Assembly: GCA_963727525.1 (NCBI GenBank)
Contig: CAVSGO010000004.1
Coordinates: 22,856-86,855, forward strand
Length of the DNA stretch: 64,000 nucleotides
Direction: 5' to 3'
DNA from: an uncultured bacterium
Lineage (GTDB): Bacteria > Krumholzibacteriota > Krumholzibacteriia > LZORAL124-64-63
The notes beneath the pieces are model-generated. The model ran no database searches and was not told the origin of the DNA. It saw nothing but the letters and a program-made list of their open reading frames with translations. This document shows positions 43,252-54,332 of this stretch, piece after piece (within the stretch, counting starts at the first letter, position 1; each line of letters starts with the position of its first letter). The translations under genes and the position numbers were made by a program.

Positions 43252-43938
43252 TCACTCGCCGAGCTTGTAGCCGACCCCGCGTACGGTGGTGATGTGTCGG
43301 GCCGCGCCTCCCAGCTTCTTGCGCAGGCTAGCCACCTGCACATCGATCGAGCGCCCCGTCACCGGATAATCGTCGCCATGCACCGCCCGCACGATCTGGT
43401 TGCGCGTGAACACCCAGCCGGGGCGCGACGCGAGGAAGTGCAGGATGCGGAACTCGGTATGGGTGAGCGTGATGGCCTCGCCGTCGATGCGCACCTCGTG
43501 GCGCCCGGGATGCAGGTTGATGTCGTCGTAGGTCAGGCTGCCATCGGTGCCGGCATGGCTGTCGAGGCTGCGACGCAGGACCGCGGACACCCGCGCCGTC
43601 AGCACCTTGGGACTGAACGGTTTGGTGACGTAGTCGTCGGCGCCCGCCTCGAATCCCGCCACGATATCCTCTTCCTCACCCTTGGCCGTCAGGATGATCA
43701 CCGGAATGGTGGCCGTGGCGTCCGACCGCTTGAGACGGCGGCAGACCTCCAGGCCATCGAGCCCGGGCAGCATGAGGTCGAGCACCACGAGCGCGGGACG
43801 ATTCTCCAGCAACATCTCCAGGGCTTCCTCGCCGCGGTCCGTCACGTCGACGCGATAGCCGTCCCTCGCGAGCGTGTACTCCAGGAGCTCCTGGATGTCC
43901 TCCTCGTCCTCGACCACCAGGATCAACTCGTCGGCCAT
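43252..43938 (-). CDS. phoB: OmpR-family response regulator PhoB/PhoP
   Basis: LDLMLPG, GADDYVTKPF, wHTH RSIDVQVASLRKKL, TVRGVGY; adjacent to phoR and phoU. Confidence 0.9.
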   Translation of the reverse strand: MADELILVVEDEEDIQELLEYTLARDGYRVDVTDRGEEALEMLLENRPALVVLDLMLPGLDGLEVCRRLKRSDATATIPVIILTAKGEEEDIVAGFEAGADDYVTKPFSPKVLTARVSAVLRRSLDSHAGTDGSLTYDDINLHPGRHEVRIDGEAITLTHTEFRILHFLASRPGWVFTRNQIVRAVHGDDYPVTGRSIDVQVASLRKKLGGAARHITTVRGVGYKLGE

Positions 43939-44016
43939 CACCAGCTCCTCGTCCGGGTTGGTGTCCGCGGGCGCGCGTGTCCCACCGACTTCCCCGAATG
44001 AGTTATGCGGACACCA

Positions 44017-44044
44017 TGTTCACGGCAAGTTAGGATTCTGTAAA
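44017..44044 (-). promoter_or_regulatory. Putative Pho box upstream of phoB
   Basis: Minus strand TTTACA-GAATC-CTAACT-TGCCG-TGAACA, exact 11-bp period. Confidence 0.65.
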
Positions 44045-44160
44045 CCGGAATCGTGGGCGGCCGCGAGGGAATGGGGTACCATGGTCGCGTGAGCGAGGGC
44101 GAGACGCGGCTTGAAGTTGGCGACCGGTTCGAAGGATGATCCGGCGTGCGAGGTGTGACG

Positions 44161-45936
44161 ATGAGACGGTGGTTCGCGGGTTGGTTGTTCTTGTGCGTGG
44201 CCTCGGGGGCGCTCGCCGCCACCACCGGTCCGATCACGCCCTGGGAGGCGAACGGCGGCAAACGCACCCCCACCTACGTCGAGACCATGGATTTCTGCCG
44301 CACCCTGGCCGCCACGTTTCCGCGGCAGATCTCATTCACCTCGTTCGGCATCAGCCCGCAGGGCCGCGATCTGCCCCTGCTCATCGCCGATGCCGGGGGG
44401 CGCTTCGATCCCTTCGCCGCCCGCGACGACGCCGGCCGCGTGGTCGTGTTGATCCAGGCCTGCATCCACGCCGGCGAGTGTTGCGGGAAGGACGCCGGCC
44501 TCCTGCTTCTGCGCGACCTGGTGAGCGGCGGGCGGCTGCCGCAGGACATCACGGTGCTGTTCATCCCGATCTTCAATGTCGACGGGCACGCGCGCTTCTC
44601 GCCTTACGGACGCATCAACCAAAATGGCCCCGAGTCGATGGGCTGGCGGGCGACAGCACAGAATCTCAACCTCAATCGTGACTACTTGAAGGCTGACGCG
44701 CCTGAGATGCGCGCATGGCTGCGGCTCTGGAACGACTGGTTGCCCGACTTCCTCGTCGACGTGCACTCCACCGATGGCGCCGACTACGTCTACCCGCTCA
44801 CCTACGGACTGGAGCTGGCTGGCAATCTCGACGGGATCCTCACGAAGTGGGCGTCCCGCTACCTCGACGCGGTGAAGCTGGCCCTGAAGGTGGATGGCTA
44901 TCCCCTGGCACCGTACCTCAGCTTCCGCGACTGGCATGATCCGCACAGCGGGCTGCGCACCTGGGTAGCCTCGCCGCGGTTCAGTCAGGGCTACGCGGCG
45001 GTGCAGAACCGGGTGGGGTTGCTCATCGAGGTCCACATGCTCAAGCCCTATCCCGTACGCGTGCGCTCCGCCGCGGCGATGCTCGGCCGCACGCTCGAGT
45101 ACGTGGAGAGCCAGCACGCCGAGTTGCGCAAGCTGAACACCGCCGCGGACGCGCGCGCCGCGGAAATGGCTGGCGATGCGGAGACGTTGACGCTGTCCTG
45201 GCGTGACGGGGAGCGCAGCGAACCCCTGACGTTCCTCGGGGTCGCGGCGGACACGGTCGTCAGCCCGGTGACCGGCGGCAGGTCCTTCGTGTTCCACAGT
45301 GACGAGCCGGACACCTTCACGATACCCTGGTACCGATATCCGGAACCCGACGCCGTCGTGCGACTGCCCCAGGCGTACCTGGTACCGCCTCAGTGGGAGG
45401 CCGTGATCGAGCGCCTGCGCTGGCACGGCGTCAAGACCCGCCGCCTGAGCGAGGCCACGGCCATCGCGGTGCGCAGCTACCGGTTCGACCACCCGACCTG
45501 GCAGCAGGAGCCGTTCGAGGGGCATCATCCGCTCGAATACCAGGTCCACGAGGTCTCCGAGACACGGACCTTTCCGCCGGGCACCGTGGTCGTGCCGATG
45601 GACCAGCGCTCGGCGCGTGTCGTGGCCCACCTGCTCGAGCCCGAGGGCCCCGACTCCGTCGTGCGCTGGGGCTACTTCGACACGATCTTCTCCCAGGTGG
45701 AATACGCCGAGGACTACGTCATCGATCGCCTGGCCGAGGAGATGGTGGAGGCGAGCCCGGCCCTGCGCGATTCGCTGGCGGCGCGCAAGCAACGCGATCC
45801 CGTGTTCGCCGGCGACCCCGACGCGATCCGCGCCTGGTTCTACGAGAAGACGCCTTACCACGACAAGCAGCTCGACGTCTATCCCGTTGCCATGCTGGAC
45901 GATGGCGCGCTCCTGGCGACGTTGCCGCTCGAGTGA
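44161..45936 (+). CDS. Secreted M14 family zinc carboxypeptidase
   Basis: Signal peptide; IHAGE, FNVDGH, NLNRD, VDVHSTDG. Confidence 0.88.
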   Translation: MRRWFAGWLFLCVASGALAATTGPITPWEANGGKRTPTYVETMDFCRTLAATFPRQISFTSFGISPQGRDLPLLIADAGGRFDPFAARDDAGRVVVLIQACIHAGECCGKDAGLLLLRDLVSGGRLPQDITVLFIPIFNVDGHARFSPYGRINQNGPESMGWRATAQNLNLNRDYLKADAPEMRAWLRLWNDWLPDFLVDVHSTDGADYVYPLTYGLELAGNLDGILTKWASRYLDAVKLALKVDGYPLAPYLSFRDWHDPHSGLRTWVASPRFSQGYAAVQNRVGLLIEVHMLKPYPVRVRSAAAMLGRTLEYVESQHAELRKLNTAADARAAEMAGDAETLTLSWRDGERSEPLTFLGVAADTVVSPVTGGRSFVFHSDEPDTFTIPWYRYPEPDAVVRLPQAYLVPPQWEAVIERLRWHGVKTRRLSEATAIAVRSYRFDHPTWQQEPFEGHHPLEYQVHEVSETRTFPPGTVVVPMDQRSARVVAHLLEPEGPDSVVRWGYFDTIFSQVEYAEDYVIDRLAEEMVEASPALRDSLAARKQRDPVFAGDPDAIRAWFYEKTPYHDKQLDVYPVAMLDDGALLATLPLE

Positions 45937-45979
45937 GCGGCGGCCGCGATTGTCAAGACCAAGCCAATCTTTGATGAAT

Positions 45980-46007
45980 TTTACAGAACATTAACGTTGG
46001 TTTGACA
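45980..46007 (+). promoter_or_regulatory. Putative Pho box upstream of pstS (operon 2)
   Basis: TTTACA-GAACA-TTAACG-TTGGT-TTGACA, exact 11-bp period. Confidence 0.7.
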
Positions 46008-46094
46008 TTGCCAATACACGCTGAATCTACGCTTTCGCCCGTGGCTAGCGGACCGCGGGTCCGCCGATCCCTCCCTGAACCAAGGATGCGTGTG

Positions 46095-47090
46095 ATGAAG
46101 ACGAGTATGCTGATGGCCAAGGCCATCTCGGTGGTCGCCAGCATGGGGATCCTGGCGGGTATCGTCCTGGCGAGCGTCGGCGTGGATCCGAACCTGCCCT
46201 CCTACGAGAAGACGAAGGGCGTGTCCGGTTCCATCAAGAGCATCGGCTCGGACACCATGAACAACCTCATGGCTCTGTGGTCGGAAGACTTCCGCACCAT
46301 GTATCCCAGCGTCCAGGTGGAAATCGAGGGCAAGGGATCGAGCACTGCGCCGCCGGCCCTCATCAACGGCACGTCGAACTTCGGGCCCATGAGCCGTAAC
46401 ATCAAGGCCGACGAGGCCGACCAGTTCGAAGCCAAGTACGGCTACAAGCCCACCCAGCTGCGCACGTCGATCGACATGCTCGCCGTCTACGTCAACAAGG
46501 ACAACCCCATCGAGGGCCTGACGCTGCAGCAGGCCGACGCCATCTTCTCGAGCACCCGCAAGGGCGGCTACCCGAAGGACATCCGCACCTGGGGCGACCT
46601 CGGACTCACCGGCGAGTGGGCCAACAAACCCATCAGCCTCTATGGCCGCAACAGTGCCAGCGGCACGTATGGCTTCTTCAAGGAGCACGCGCTGGCCAAG
46701 GGCGACTACAAGGACAGCGTCAAGGAGCAGCCAGGTTCGTCGTCCGTGGTGCAGGGCGTGGCGAGCGACAAGTACGGCATCGGCTACAGCGGCATCGGCT
46801 ACAAGACGGCCGACGTCCGAGCCGTGGCCCTGAGCGCGGACACCGGCGAGCATCCCGACTACGTCGAGGCCGTCGCTGAAAACGCCTACACCGGCGACTA
46901 TCCTCTCTCGCGCTTCCTCTACCTCACCGTCAACGTCAAGCCGGGCGCGGAGCTGGACCCACTGCGCCGCGAGTTCATCAAGTACGTCTTCTCGAAGGAC
47001 GGCCAGATGAACGTCATCAAGGACGGCTACTATCCCGTGACCGCGACCATCGCCGGCGAGGAACTGCAGAAGGTGGGCATCGCCCACTGA
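46095..47090 (+). CDS. pstS: Phosphate-binding protein PstS (Pseudomonas type)
   Basis: SIGSDTM, GKGSSTAPPAL, YGRNSASGTYGFFK, EQPGSSSVV, YPLSRFL. Confidence 0.92.
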   Translation: MKTSMLMAKAISVVASMGILAGIVLASVGVDPNLPSYEKTKGVSGSIKSIGSDTMNNLMALWSEDFRTMYPSVQVEIEGKGSSTAPPALINGTSNFGPMSRNIKADEADQFEAKYGYKPTQLRTSIDMLAVYVNKDNPIEGLTLQQADAIFSSTRKGGYPKDIRTWGDLGLTGEWANKPISLYGRNSASGTYGFFKEHALAKGDYKDSVKEQPGSSSVVQGVASDKYGIGYSGIGYKTADVRAVALSADTGEHPDYVEAVAENAYTGDYPLSRFLYLTVNVKPGAELDPLRREFIKYVFSKDGQMNVIKDGYYPVTATIAGEELQKVGIAH

Positions 47091-47115
47091 CCTGCGCAAC
47101 CAGGGTGCTGGCCGG

Positions 47116-49734
47116 ATGACACAGGGCCGTCGAAGCGAGAGGAATGACTTCACGGGGCGCACGCGCACGCGCGCGCCCAAGCGTTCGGTGCTGATCATCG
47201 ATCGCGTGGCGCGCTGGGTGATCACTCTTGGCGGCATCGGCAGCATCGCCGCCGTCTCGCTGGTGGGACTCTTCCTCTTCTATGTCGTCGTTCCTCTCTT
47301 CCTGCCGCCGCGCCTGCCGCGTCTCGACGCGCGGCCTGCCAGCGACGTCGTGTCGCGTGCGGTGGACCTCGGAGTGAACGAGTACCGCACGATGGTGTGG
47401 AGCATGCATCGCGATGGTATGATCATCGTGCGGCGGCTGGCGGATGGGACCGTGCTCAAGCGTATCGGCGTGCCCGATGCCGAACGATTGACCTGCTGGT
47501 CTTTCGGCAACGGCAACGATCACTGCGCGTTCGGCTATAGCGACGGCAGCATCCGGATCGGCACGCTCGGCTTCTCCACCGCCTACCTCGACGAGGACAC
47601 GCTGCCGGCCGAGCTGCGCGATCTGGCCGTTGATCAGCCGGCGGCGTTGCGCGAGGGCATCGTGGAGCGGACGCCCGAGCATCAGTTCCGCTTCCAGTCG
47701 CTCGCACTCGATCTCGGCGATCCGCTGCCGCTGAGCGCGGCGCCGATCACGCTGCTCGATCAGAGCCTCGGCAATCGCGGCGTGGTGTTCGCCGCTCTCG
47801 ACGCCGCCGGATCCCTGCACGTGCGGGAGCTACGCGAGCGCACGAACCTACTGACGGGCAAGAAGACCGTCACCTCGGTGGGCAAGGAGGTCGACCTGCG
47901 CGCGGCCGGCCTGTTCGCCGAGGATCGCCCCGCACCACGGGATCTGCTGCTCACAGGCCTCGGCGACAACGCTCTGCTCGCGTGGTCGGACGGGAGGCTG
48001 TTGCGCGTCGACACCTCCGATCCTTCGGCGCCCGCTGTGGCCGAGGACCTCGACATCGTGCCCGAGGCGGGGCATCGCATCACGGCGCTCGGATTCATGC
48101 TGGGCAAGAGTTCGCTGATCTGCGGCGATGACCTGGGCAAGGTGCGAGTCTGGTTCCGCGTGAAGACCGACGAGCTGGAGCGCCCCGACGGGACGTCCCT
48201 CGTGATGGCGCACGAGCTGGATACGGCAGGCTCGCCTGTCACCGCCCTCACCAGCTCGCAGCGCACCCGGATGATCGCCGCGGGCTTCGCCGATGGGACG
48301 GTGGCGCTGTACCAGGTGACGAACGACCGCCGCCTCGCCCGCGTGCCGGCCGCCGACGATGGTGAGCCGGTGGAGCAGGTCGTGCTCGCACCCCGCAACG
48401 ACCTGCTGCTCGCACTGGCCGGCGGTCAGACCATCCAGTGGGCCGTGGACACGAAGTATCCCGAGATCAACGCCAAAGCCCTGTTCGGCAAGGTGTGGTA
48501 CGAGGGGTACGATGCGCCGGCCTACGTTTGGCAGTCGTCCGCCGCCACCGACAGCTTCGAGCCGAAGTACAGCCTCACGCCCCTGATCTTCGGCACCCTC
48601 AAGGCCACGCTCTACTCGCTTCTGATCGGCCTGCCGCTCGCGTGGTTCGCCGCGATCTCCACGTCCGAGTTCGTGAGTGCGCGTACGAAGGCGCGGGTGA
48701 AACCCACGATCGAGCTGATGGCGAGTCTGCCCAGCGTAGTGCTCGGCTTTCTCGCTGCCCTCGTCTTCGCGCCATTTCTGGCGCAGTGGGTTCCGGCAGC
48801 GCTCACGGCGGTGGTGACCGTGCCGCTCTGCTTCCTGCTGGGCGCCTACTTCTGGCAGCTCCTGCCCCGCGAGAAGGCGTTGCGGGTGGGTTGGGCGAAG
48901 CTGCCGCTCGTGGCCCTCGCGCTGCCGCTGGGGATCGTCGTCGCCTGGCGACTCGGCCCCGCGGTCGAGAGCCATCTCTTCGCCGGCGACATGCTGGCCT
49001 GGCTCGACGGTCAGATCGGCTCGGGGATGGGGGGCTGGCTCTTCCTGCTGCTGCCGCTGAGCGCCGTGGTCGTCTTCTTCGTACAGATCCAGATCGTGGA
49101 CACCTGGCTGCGCGCGCCGCGGTGGCGGTGGACCCGCGCGCGCTTCGCGCTGGTCGATCTCGGGCGCTTCGTCCTGGGTGTCGCAGCGGCGCTGGGCCTG
49201 GCCTTCGGCATCTCGTGGCTGCTGGCCGCGGCGGGCCTCGATCCGCGGGGGACGTTCGTCGACACCTACGTGCAGCGCAACGCGCTGGTCGTCGGCGTCG
49301 TGATGGGATTCGCGATCATCCCCATCATCTACACGATCAGCGAGGACGCGCTGTCGGCCGTGCCGAACCATCTGCGAGCGGCCTCTCTCGGCGCCGGTGC
49401 CACGCAGTGGCAAACCGCGATCCGCGTCGTCATCCCGCCGGCCACCAGCGGGCTCTTCTCCGCCATGATGATCGGCCTGGGGCGCGCCGTCGGCGAGACG
49501 ATGATCGTCCTCATGGCCGCGGGCAACACGCCCATCATGGAGTGGAACATCTTCAACGGTTTCCGCACGCTCTCGGCGAACATCGCCGTGGAGCTGCCCG
49601 AAGCCGTGCAGAACAGTACGCACTATCGCACCCTGTTCCTGGCTGCGCTCACTCTGTTCGTGATGACCTTCATCCTGAACACGGTGGCGGAGGCTGTGCG
49701 CATCCGCTTTCGCAAGAAGTCGCTCGAGCTATGA
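47116..49734 (+). CDS. pstC: Long PstC permease with large beta-propeller-like soluble domain
   Basis: N-terminal TM, ~420-aa beta-rich domain, VWYEGY...WQSS, KPTIELMASLPSVVLGF, GRAVGETMIV. Confidence 0.9.
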   Translation: MTQGRRSERNDFTGRTRTRAPKRSVLIIDRVARWVITLGGIGSIAAVSLVGLFLFYVVVPLFLPPRLPRLDARPASDVVSRAVDLGVNEYRTMVWSMHRDGMIIVRRLADGTVLKRIGVPDAERLTCWSFGNGNDHCAFGYSDGSIRIGTLGFSTAYLDEDTLPAELRDLAVDQPAALREGIVERTPEHQFRFQSLALDLGDPLPLSAAPITLLDQSLGNRGVVFAALDAAGSLHVRELRERTNLLTGKKTVTSVGKEVDLRAAGLFAEDRPAPRDLLLTGLGDNALLAWSDGRLLRVDTSDPSAPAVAEDLDIVPEAGHRITALGFMLGKSSLICGDDLGKVRVWFRVKTDELERPDGTSLVMAHELDTAGSPVTALTSSQRTRMIAAGFADGTVALYQVTNDRRLARVPAADDGEPVEQVVLAPRNDLLLALAGGQTIQWAVDTKYPEINAKALFGKVWYEGYDAPAYVWQSSAATDSFEPKYSLTPLIFGTLKATLYSLLIGLPLAWFAAISTSEFVSARTKARVKPTIELMASLPSVVLGFLAALVFAPFLAQWVPAALTAVVTVPLCFLLGAYFWQLLPREKALRVGWAKLPLVALALPLGIVVAWRLGPAVESHLFAGDMLAWLDGQIGSGMGGWLFLLLPLSAVVVFFVQIQIVDTWLRAPRWRWTRARFALVDLGRFVLGVAAALGLAFGISWLLAAAGLDPRGTFVDTYVQRNALVVGVVMGFAIIPIIYTISEDALSAVPNHLRAASLGAGATQWQTAIRVVIPPATSGLFSAMMIGLGRAVGETMIVLMAAGNTPIMEWNIFNGFRTLSANIAVELPEAVQNSTHYRTLFLAALTLFVMTFILNTVAEAVRIRFRKKSLEL

Positions 49735-51536
49735 AGACGACGACCGCACCGCTCCCGTCCGGCGAATCGGCGCCCCTGCGGCCCGCGGCGGGTGGACGCC
49801 TCGCCAGCCTGCGCCAGCGCACGGCCGGCTCGCGCGTCGCCGCGTCGATGCTGGCCGAGAGCGAGCCGCTGCTCTGGCTGACCACCGGCGGCCTCGTGGT
49901 CTGCCTGGCGATGATCGTCGGAATCATGGGCCTCGTCTTCTGGCAGGGGATCAAGACGTTCTGGCCGGGTCCGGTGGTCAGCGTCCACACCCTCGACGAC
50001 CGCACGGTCTGGGGCGAGGTCACCCGCAATGACGAGTTCCGGCCCGAGCCGACCCTCCTGAATGGTCTGTCCGTGCTGGAGATCTCCGCGGCGCGCGGCG
50101 AGATGGCGCGCAGCGAAGACCACCTGCACCTGCACCGGCGCTTGCTGCGCTCGGGCAACTTCGAGTTGACGGGCGAGCACTTCACCTGGATCAGCGACTA
50201 CGAGATCGCCGCGCAGGGAATCACCCATCCGCGCTGGGCATTGGTGCTCGAGCGACTGGCCTGGGGTCGCTTCTACGGCGAACCGGTGGCCTGGGTGGTC
50301 GACGGCCAGGTGACGGCCACGGGCCCGGACGCCACATGGCAGATTTTCCAGCGCGAGAATCCGGAAGCGCGCCGGCTGTATCGCGAGCAGCGCCGCCTCG
50401 AGACACACGAGATGGCTCGTCTCAACCACCGGGTCGAGGCGGCCCGCCTCGCGGCCCGCGGCGTCGAGCTGGATCGTGGGGCGCAGTCGCTCGCCTATCG
50501 TCAGGCGCAGGCTCACGCCCGGCTCGTGGAGGAAGAGACGCAGCAGACCTTCCGCGAGCTGACGGCGCGCATTCAGGCCTACAAGGACGCGAACACGCGC
50601 CAGGCGATCCGGATGCGCACGAGCGACGGCCAGGAGAAGGACGTCGCCATCGGCGACATCGTGCGCGCGTATCCGGCCAACCAGCTCGATCTCGGCCAGA
50701 AGCTGGCGGTCTACGGCTCGCGCTGGTGGGAGTTCCTCACGGCGGAGCCGCGCGAGGCCAACAGCGAGGGCGGGGTGTTCCCGGCCATCTTCGGCACCGT
50801 GGTGATGACGCTGATCATGACGATTATCGTGGTACCCTTCGGCGTGCTGGCCGCCTTGTACCTGCGCGAGTACGCCAAGGCGGGGCCCGTCGTCAGCGCC
50901 GTGCGCATATCGATCAACAACCTGGCCGGCGTGCCGAGCATCGTCTTCGGCGTGTTCGGTCTCGGTTTCTTCGCCTACATCATCGGCGGCATGATGGACC
51001 ACGCGTTCTTCGCGGCCAAGCTGCCCAGCCCCACCTATGGCACCGGCGGCCTGCTCTGGGCCTCGCTCACGCTCGCCCTCCTGACGCTGCCCGTGGTGAT
51101 CGTGGCCACGGAGGAGGCCCTGGCGGCCGTATCGGGGTCGATGCGCGAGGGTAGCTACGCCTGCGGCGCCAGCAAGTGGCAGACGATCCAGCGCATCGTG
51201 TTGCCGCGGGCCCTGCCGGGCATCATGACCGGAGCCATCCTCGCCATGGCGCGTGGTGCGGGCGAGGTGGCACCCCTGATGCTGGTGGGCGCGGTGAAGC
51301 TGGCTCCAGAGTTGCCGGTGGACGGGATCTCGCCGTTCTTGCATCCAGAGCGAAGCTTCATGCATCTGGGCTTCCACATCTTCGACCTGGGATTCCAGAG
51401 CCAGAACAGCGAGGCCGCCAAGCCGATGGTGTTCACGACGACCCTCCTGCTGATCCTGATCATCACCGTGCTGAACCTGGCTGCGATCTGGCTGCGCACA
51501 CGCTTGCGTCGCAAGTTCGTGGGCTCGCAGTTCTGA
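49731..51536 (+). CDS. pstA: Long PstA permease with soluble coiled-coil domain
   Basis: ATGA overlap; [39 protein letters not shown]. Confidence 0.9.
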   Translation: MKTTTAPLPSGESAPLRPAAGGRLASLRQRTAGSRVAASMLAESEPLLWLTTGGLVVCLAMIVGIMGLVFWQGIKTFWPGPVVSVHTLDDRTVWGEVTRNDEFRPEPTLLNGLSVLEISAARGEMARSEDHLHLHRRLLRSGNFELTGEHFTWISDYEIAAQGITHPRWALVLERLAWGRFYGEPVAWVVDGQVTATGPDATWQIFQRENPEARRLYREQRRLETHEMARLNHRVEAARLAARGVELDRGAQSLAYRQAQAHARLVEEETQQTFRELTARIQAYKDANTRQAIRMRTSDGQEKDVAIGDIVRAYPANQLDLGQKLAVYGSRWWEFLTAEPREANSEGGVFPAIFGTVVMTLIMTIIVVPFGVLAALYLREYAKAGPVVSAVRISINNLAGVPSIVFGVFGLGFFAYIIGGMMDHAFFAAKLPSPTYGTGGLLWASLTLALLTLPVVIVATEEALAAVSGSMREGSYACGASKWQTIQRIVLPRALPGIMTGAILAMARGAGEVAPLMLVGAVKLAPELPVDGISPFLHPERSFMHLGFHIFDLGFQSQNSEAAKPMVFTTTLLLILIITVLNLAAIWLRTRLRRKFVGSQF

Positions 51537-51595
51537 CGGGCAGCGTGCTGGCCCGTGGCGGGCCAGCGGTGAGTCGAGGCCTCATGAGGACGCAG

Positions 51596-52528
51596 ATGTC
51601 GAGAGACGAGCAGAGCAACGCAGCACCCGTGCCGCCACTGCTGGCACCACGCCGACGCGATGAGGCCGATCCCGCCGACGCGCCCTCGCGTTTCGTCGAC
51701 AGGGAGGATCGCCTGGCTGCCATCGCCGCGGGTCAGGATGTGCCCAGCGAGGTCCACGCCGAGGTGATGCGCGAGGACGCGGTGCTCGACATCATGGACT
51801 TCAACCTCTGGTACGGTGAGAAGCGCGCCCTCTACGACATCAGCATGCCCGTCCCGCGCGGCAAGGTGACGGCGCTAATCGGCCCGTCCGGCTGCGGCAA
51901 GAGCACGCTCTTGCGATCGGTGAACCGCCTCAACGACCTCATCGCGTCCGTGCGCGTCGGCGGCGACATGCGCCTGCAAGGCGACAGCATCTACGGCCCC
52001 GGCGTGGACGTGATCGAGCTGCGCCGCCGCATGGGCATGGTCTTCCAGAAGTCGAATCCATTCCCGATGAGCATCTTCGAGAACGTGGTGTATCCGCTGC
52101 GCATCGACGGCGAGCGCAACAAGACCGTTCTGCGCGACGTGTGCGAGCGCGCGCTGCGCGGATCCGCGCTCTGGGACGAGGTGCATGATCGTCTGGGCGA
52201 GAGCGCCCTCGGCATGTCCGGTGGGCAGCAGCAGCGCCTCTGTATCGCGCGCGCCATTGCGGCCGAGCCGGAAGTGCTCCTGATGGACGAGCCGTGCTCG
52301 GCCCTCGACCCCATCGCCACGAGCAAGATCGAGGATCTGATCAACCACCTCCGGGGCGACTACTCCATCCTCATCGTGACCCACAACATGCAGCAGGCCT
52401 CCCGCGTGAGCGACTACACGGCGTTCATGTATCTGGGGCGCCTCATCGAGTACGGGCCGACCGAGGAGATCTTCACGAATCCCCACTTGAAGGAAACCGA
52501 GGACTACATCACGGGTCGATTCGGTTAA
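51596..52528 (+). CDS. pstB: Phosphate ABC transporter ATP-binding protein
   Basis: [38 protein letters not shown]. Confidence 0.95.
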   Translation: MSRDEQSNAAPVPPLLAPRRRDEADPADAPSRFVDREDRLAAIAAGQDVPSEVHAEVMREDAVLDIMDFNLWYGEKRALYDISMPVPRGKVTALIGPSGCGKSTLLRSVNRLNDLIASVRVGGDMRLQGDSIYGPGVDVIELRRRMGMVFQKSNPFPMSIFENVVYPLRIDGERNKTVLRDVCERALRGSALWDEVHDRLGESALGMSGGQQQRLCIARAIAAEPEVLLMDEPCSALDPIATSKIEDLINHLRGDYSILIVTHNMQQASRVSDYTAFMYLGRLIEYGPTEEIFTNPHLKETEDYITGRFG

Positions 52529-52655
52529 CTACAAGCAATTTTAAGGCTTACAGTGTTGGCTGGCGGCGCTCCGGAAGCGTCGCTACGCTGACCGCAAGCC
52601 AGACAATTCCCGTCGGCGTTTGCTCCGCCTTCCCTTAAATACAGAGGAGACCCTC

Positions 52656-53246
52656 ATGTCCTCGGCATCGCGAAGTCTCGGCAGCCTGGGCATCCTCGCC
52701 ACGGCTGCCCTCCTCCTGCTCGCCGACGCCCCCGCGGCCCATGCCACCATGCTCGTGTACAGCACGGACCTGTCCGGGGCGAACCAGGAGCCGCCCAACG
52801 CCTCGCCAGGTACGGGCACCTCGCAGGTCTATGTCGACGACGTGGCGCACACCATGCGCGTGGTCATCGCCTTCTCGAGCCTCACGGGCACGACCACGGC
52901 CTGCCACATCCACGCTCCGACGGCGTTGCCGGGCGAGGGCACGGCCGGCGTCGCCTCGCCGACCCCGACTTTTCCCGGCTTTCCCTCGGGCGTCACCACA
53001 GGCACCTACGACATGACCTTCGACATGACCAGCGCGGCGAGCTACAACGCGTCGTTTCTGGCCGCGAGTGGGGGCGATCCGGCCCAGGCCGAGGCAGCTC
53101 TCTTCATGAGCTTCGCCGCCGGCACCGCGTACCTCAACATCCACACCGGTGCGTTCCCCGGCGGCGAGATCCGTGGCTTCTACGGCGACGGCACGGTCGG
53201 TGCGCAGGCCGCGACGTGGGGAGGGGTGAAGGCGATCTTCGAGTGA
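52656..53246 (+). CDS. Secreted CHRD-domain protein with C-terminal TWGGVKAIF motif
   Basis: RBS GAGGAG; signal peptide; LSGANQEPP, ACHIH, AYLNIHT..FPGGEIRG. Confidence 0.85.
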   Translation: MSSASRSLGSLGILATAALLLLADAPAAHATMLVYSTDLSGANQEPPNASPGTGTSQVYVDDVAHTMRVVIAFSSLTGTTTACHIHAPTALPGEGTAGVASPTPTFPGFPSGVTTGTYDMTFDMTSAASYNASFLAASGGDPAQAEAALFMSFAAGTAYLNIHTGAFPGGEIRGFYGDGTVGAQAATWGGVKAIFE

Positions 53247-53375
53247 TCGTACGCGTGACTGGTGTCGCGGCGCCGCCTCGGTCAAGCCGGGGCGGCGCCG
53301 TCGTATCGGGGTCAGCCTGTCACGCCCGCGATGGCGAGGACGTACCTCCTTCACGACGCAACCCTGGAGGTATCC

Positions 53376-54332
53376 ATGACGCGATGGACTGCTCGATTCG
53401 ACCCGCGCGCCGCCCTCACCCTGCTCGGCCTCGTGCTGGGCGCGGGCGACGGCCTTGCCGATACCGCGACCTACCAGCTCACATTCACGGCGACCTGGAG
53501 CGCCGAGACCCATCCCCAGGACTTCCCGAGCAATGCCCACTTTTCGCCGCTGGTCGGCGGCGTGCACGGCGACGAGGTGACGTTCTGGCAGGAGGGCGAA
53601 CCGGCGACGCTCGGCATGCAGCGCATGGCCGAATGGGGGGACACCACACCCCTGGACACGGAGGTGCAGACTGCGATCGACGCGGGGCAGGCGCTCGCGA
53701 TCGTCATCGGTGAAGGCCTGCCAAACTCGCCGGATGAGACCAGCGTGGAGTTCACTGCCAACGATACGTTTTCCCGGCTCACGCTCGTGGCCATGGTGGC
53801 TCCGAGTCCCGACTGGTTCGCGGGTGTGTCGGGTCTCGAGCTGCGGCCCGAGGGCGCGTGGGTCGACGGGATCGTCGTCGATCTCTACCCTTTCGACGCT
53901 GGCACCGATGCCGGCATCACCTACACGGCGCCCGACCAGGTCGAGGTGCCGCACGTCCCCATCGCGCCCATCACCGGCGAACCCTTCACGCCGGGCGTGC
54001 CGGTGGGGACGTTCACGCTCACCTTGTTGACGACGACGGACGTGCCCGAGCCGGCGTCCCTCGCCCTGAGCGCCTCGCCCAATCCCTTCAATCCCGCGAC
54101 CACGGTGAGCTACGGCGCCGCGACGGCGGGGCGGCTTACCCTCACGGTGCATGACCTTCGCGGCGCCCGCGTGGCCACGCTGCTCGATACCGACGTCGCG
54201 GCAGGGCCGGGCGCGGTGCACTGGGATGGGCGGGACGTGTGGGGTCGGTCCGCAGCCGCGGGCACTTACGTGCTGCGTCTGCGCGACGCGTCCGGCATCG
54301 TGGCGACGCGGAAGATCACGCTGGTGGAATAG
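53376..54332 (+). CDS. Secreted Spondin_N-domain protein with FlgD-Ig/T9SS-like C-terminal domain
   Basis: RBS GGAGG; HFSPLVGGVH, MVAPSPDWFAGV, FDAGTD; SPNPFNP...WDGRD...RKITLVE. Confidence 0.85.
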   Translation: MTRWTARFDPRAALTLLGLVLGAGDGLADTATYQLTFTATWSAETHPQDFPSNAHFSPLVGGVHGDEVTFWQEGEPATLGMQRMAEWGDTTPLDTEVQTAIDAGQALAIVIGEGLPNSPDETSVEFTANDTFSRLTLVAMVAPSPDWFAGVSGLELRPEGAWVDGIVVDLYPFDAGTDAGITYTAPDQVEVPHVPIAPITGEPFTPGVPVGTFTLTLLTTTDVPEPASLALSASPNPFNPATTVSYGAATAGRLTLTVHDLRGARVATLLDTDVAAGPGAVHWDGRDVWGRSAAAGTYVLRLRDASGIVATRKITLVE

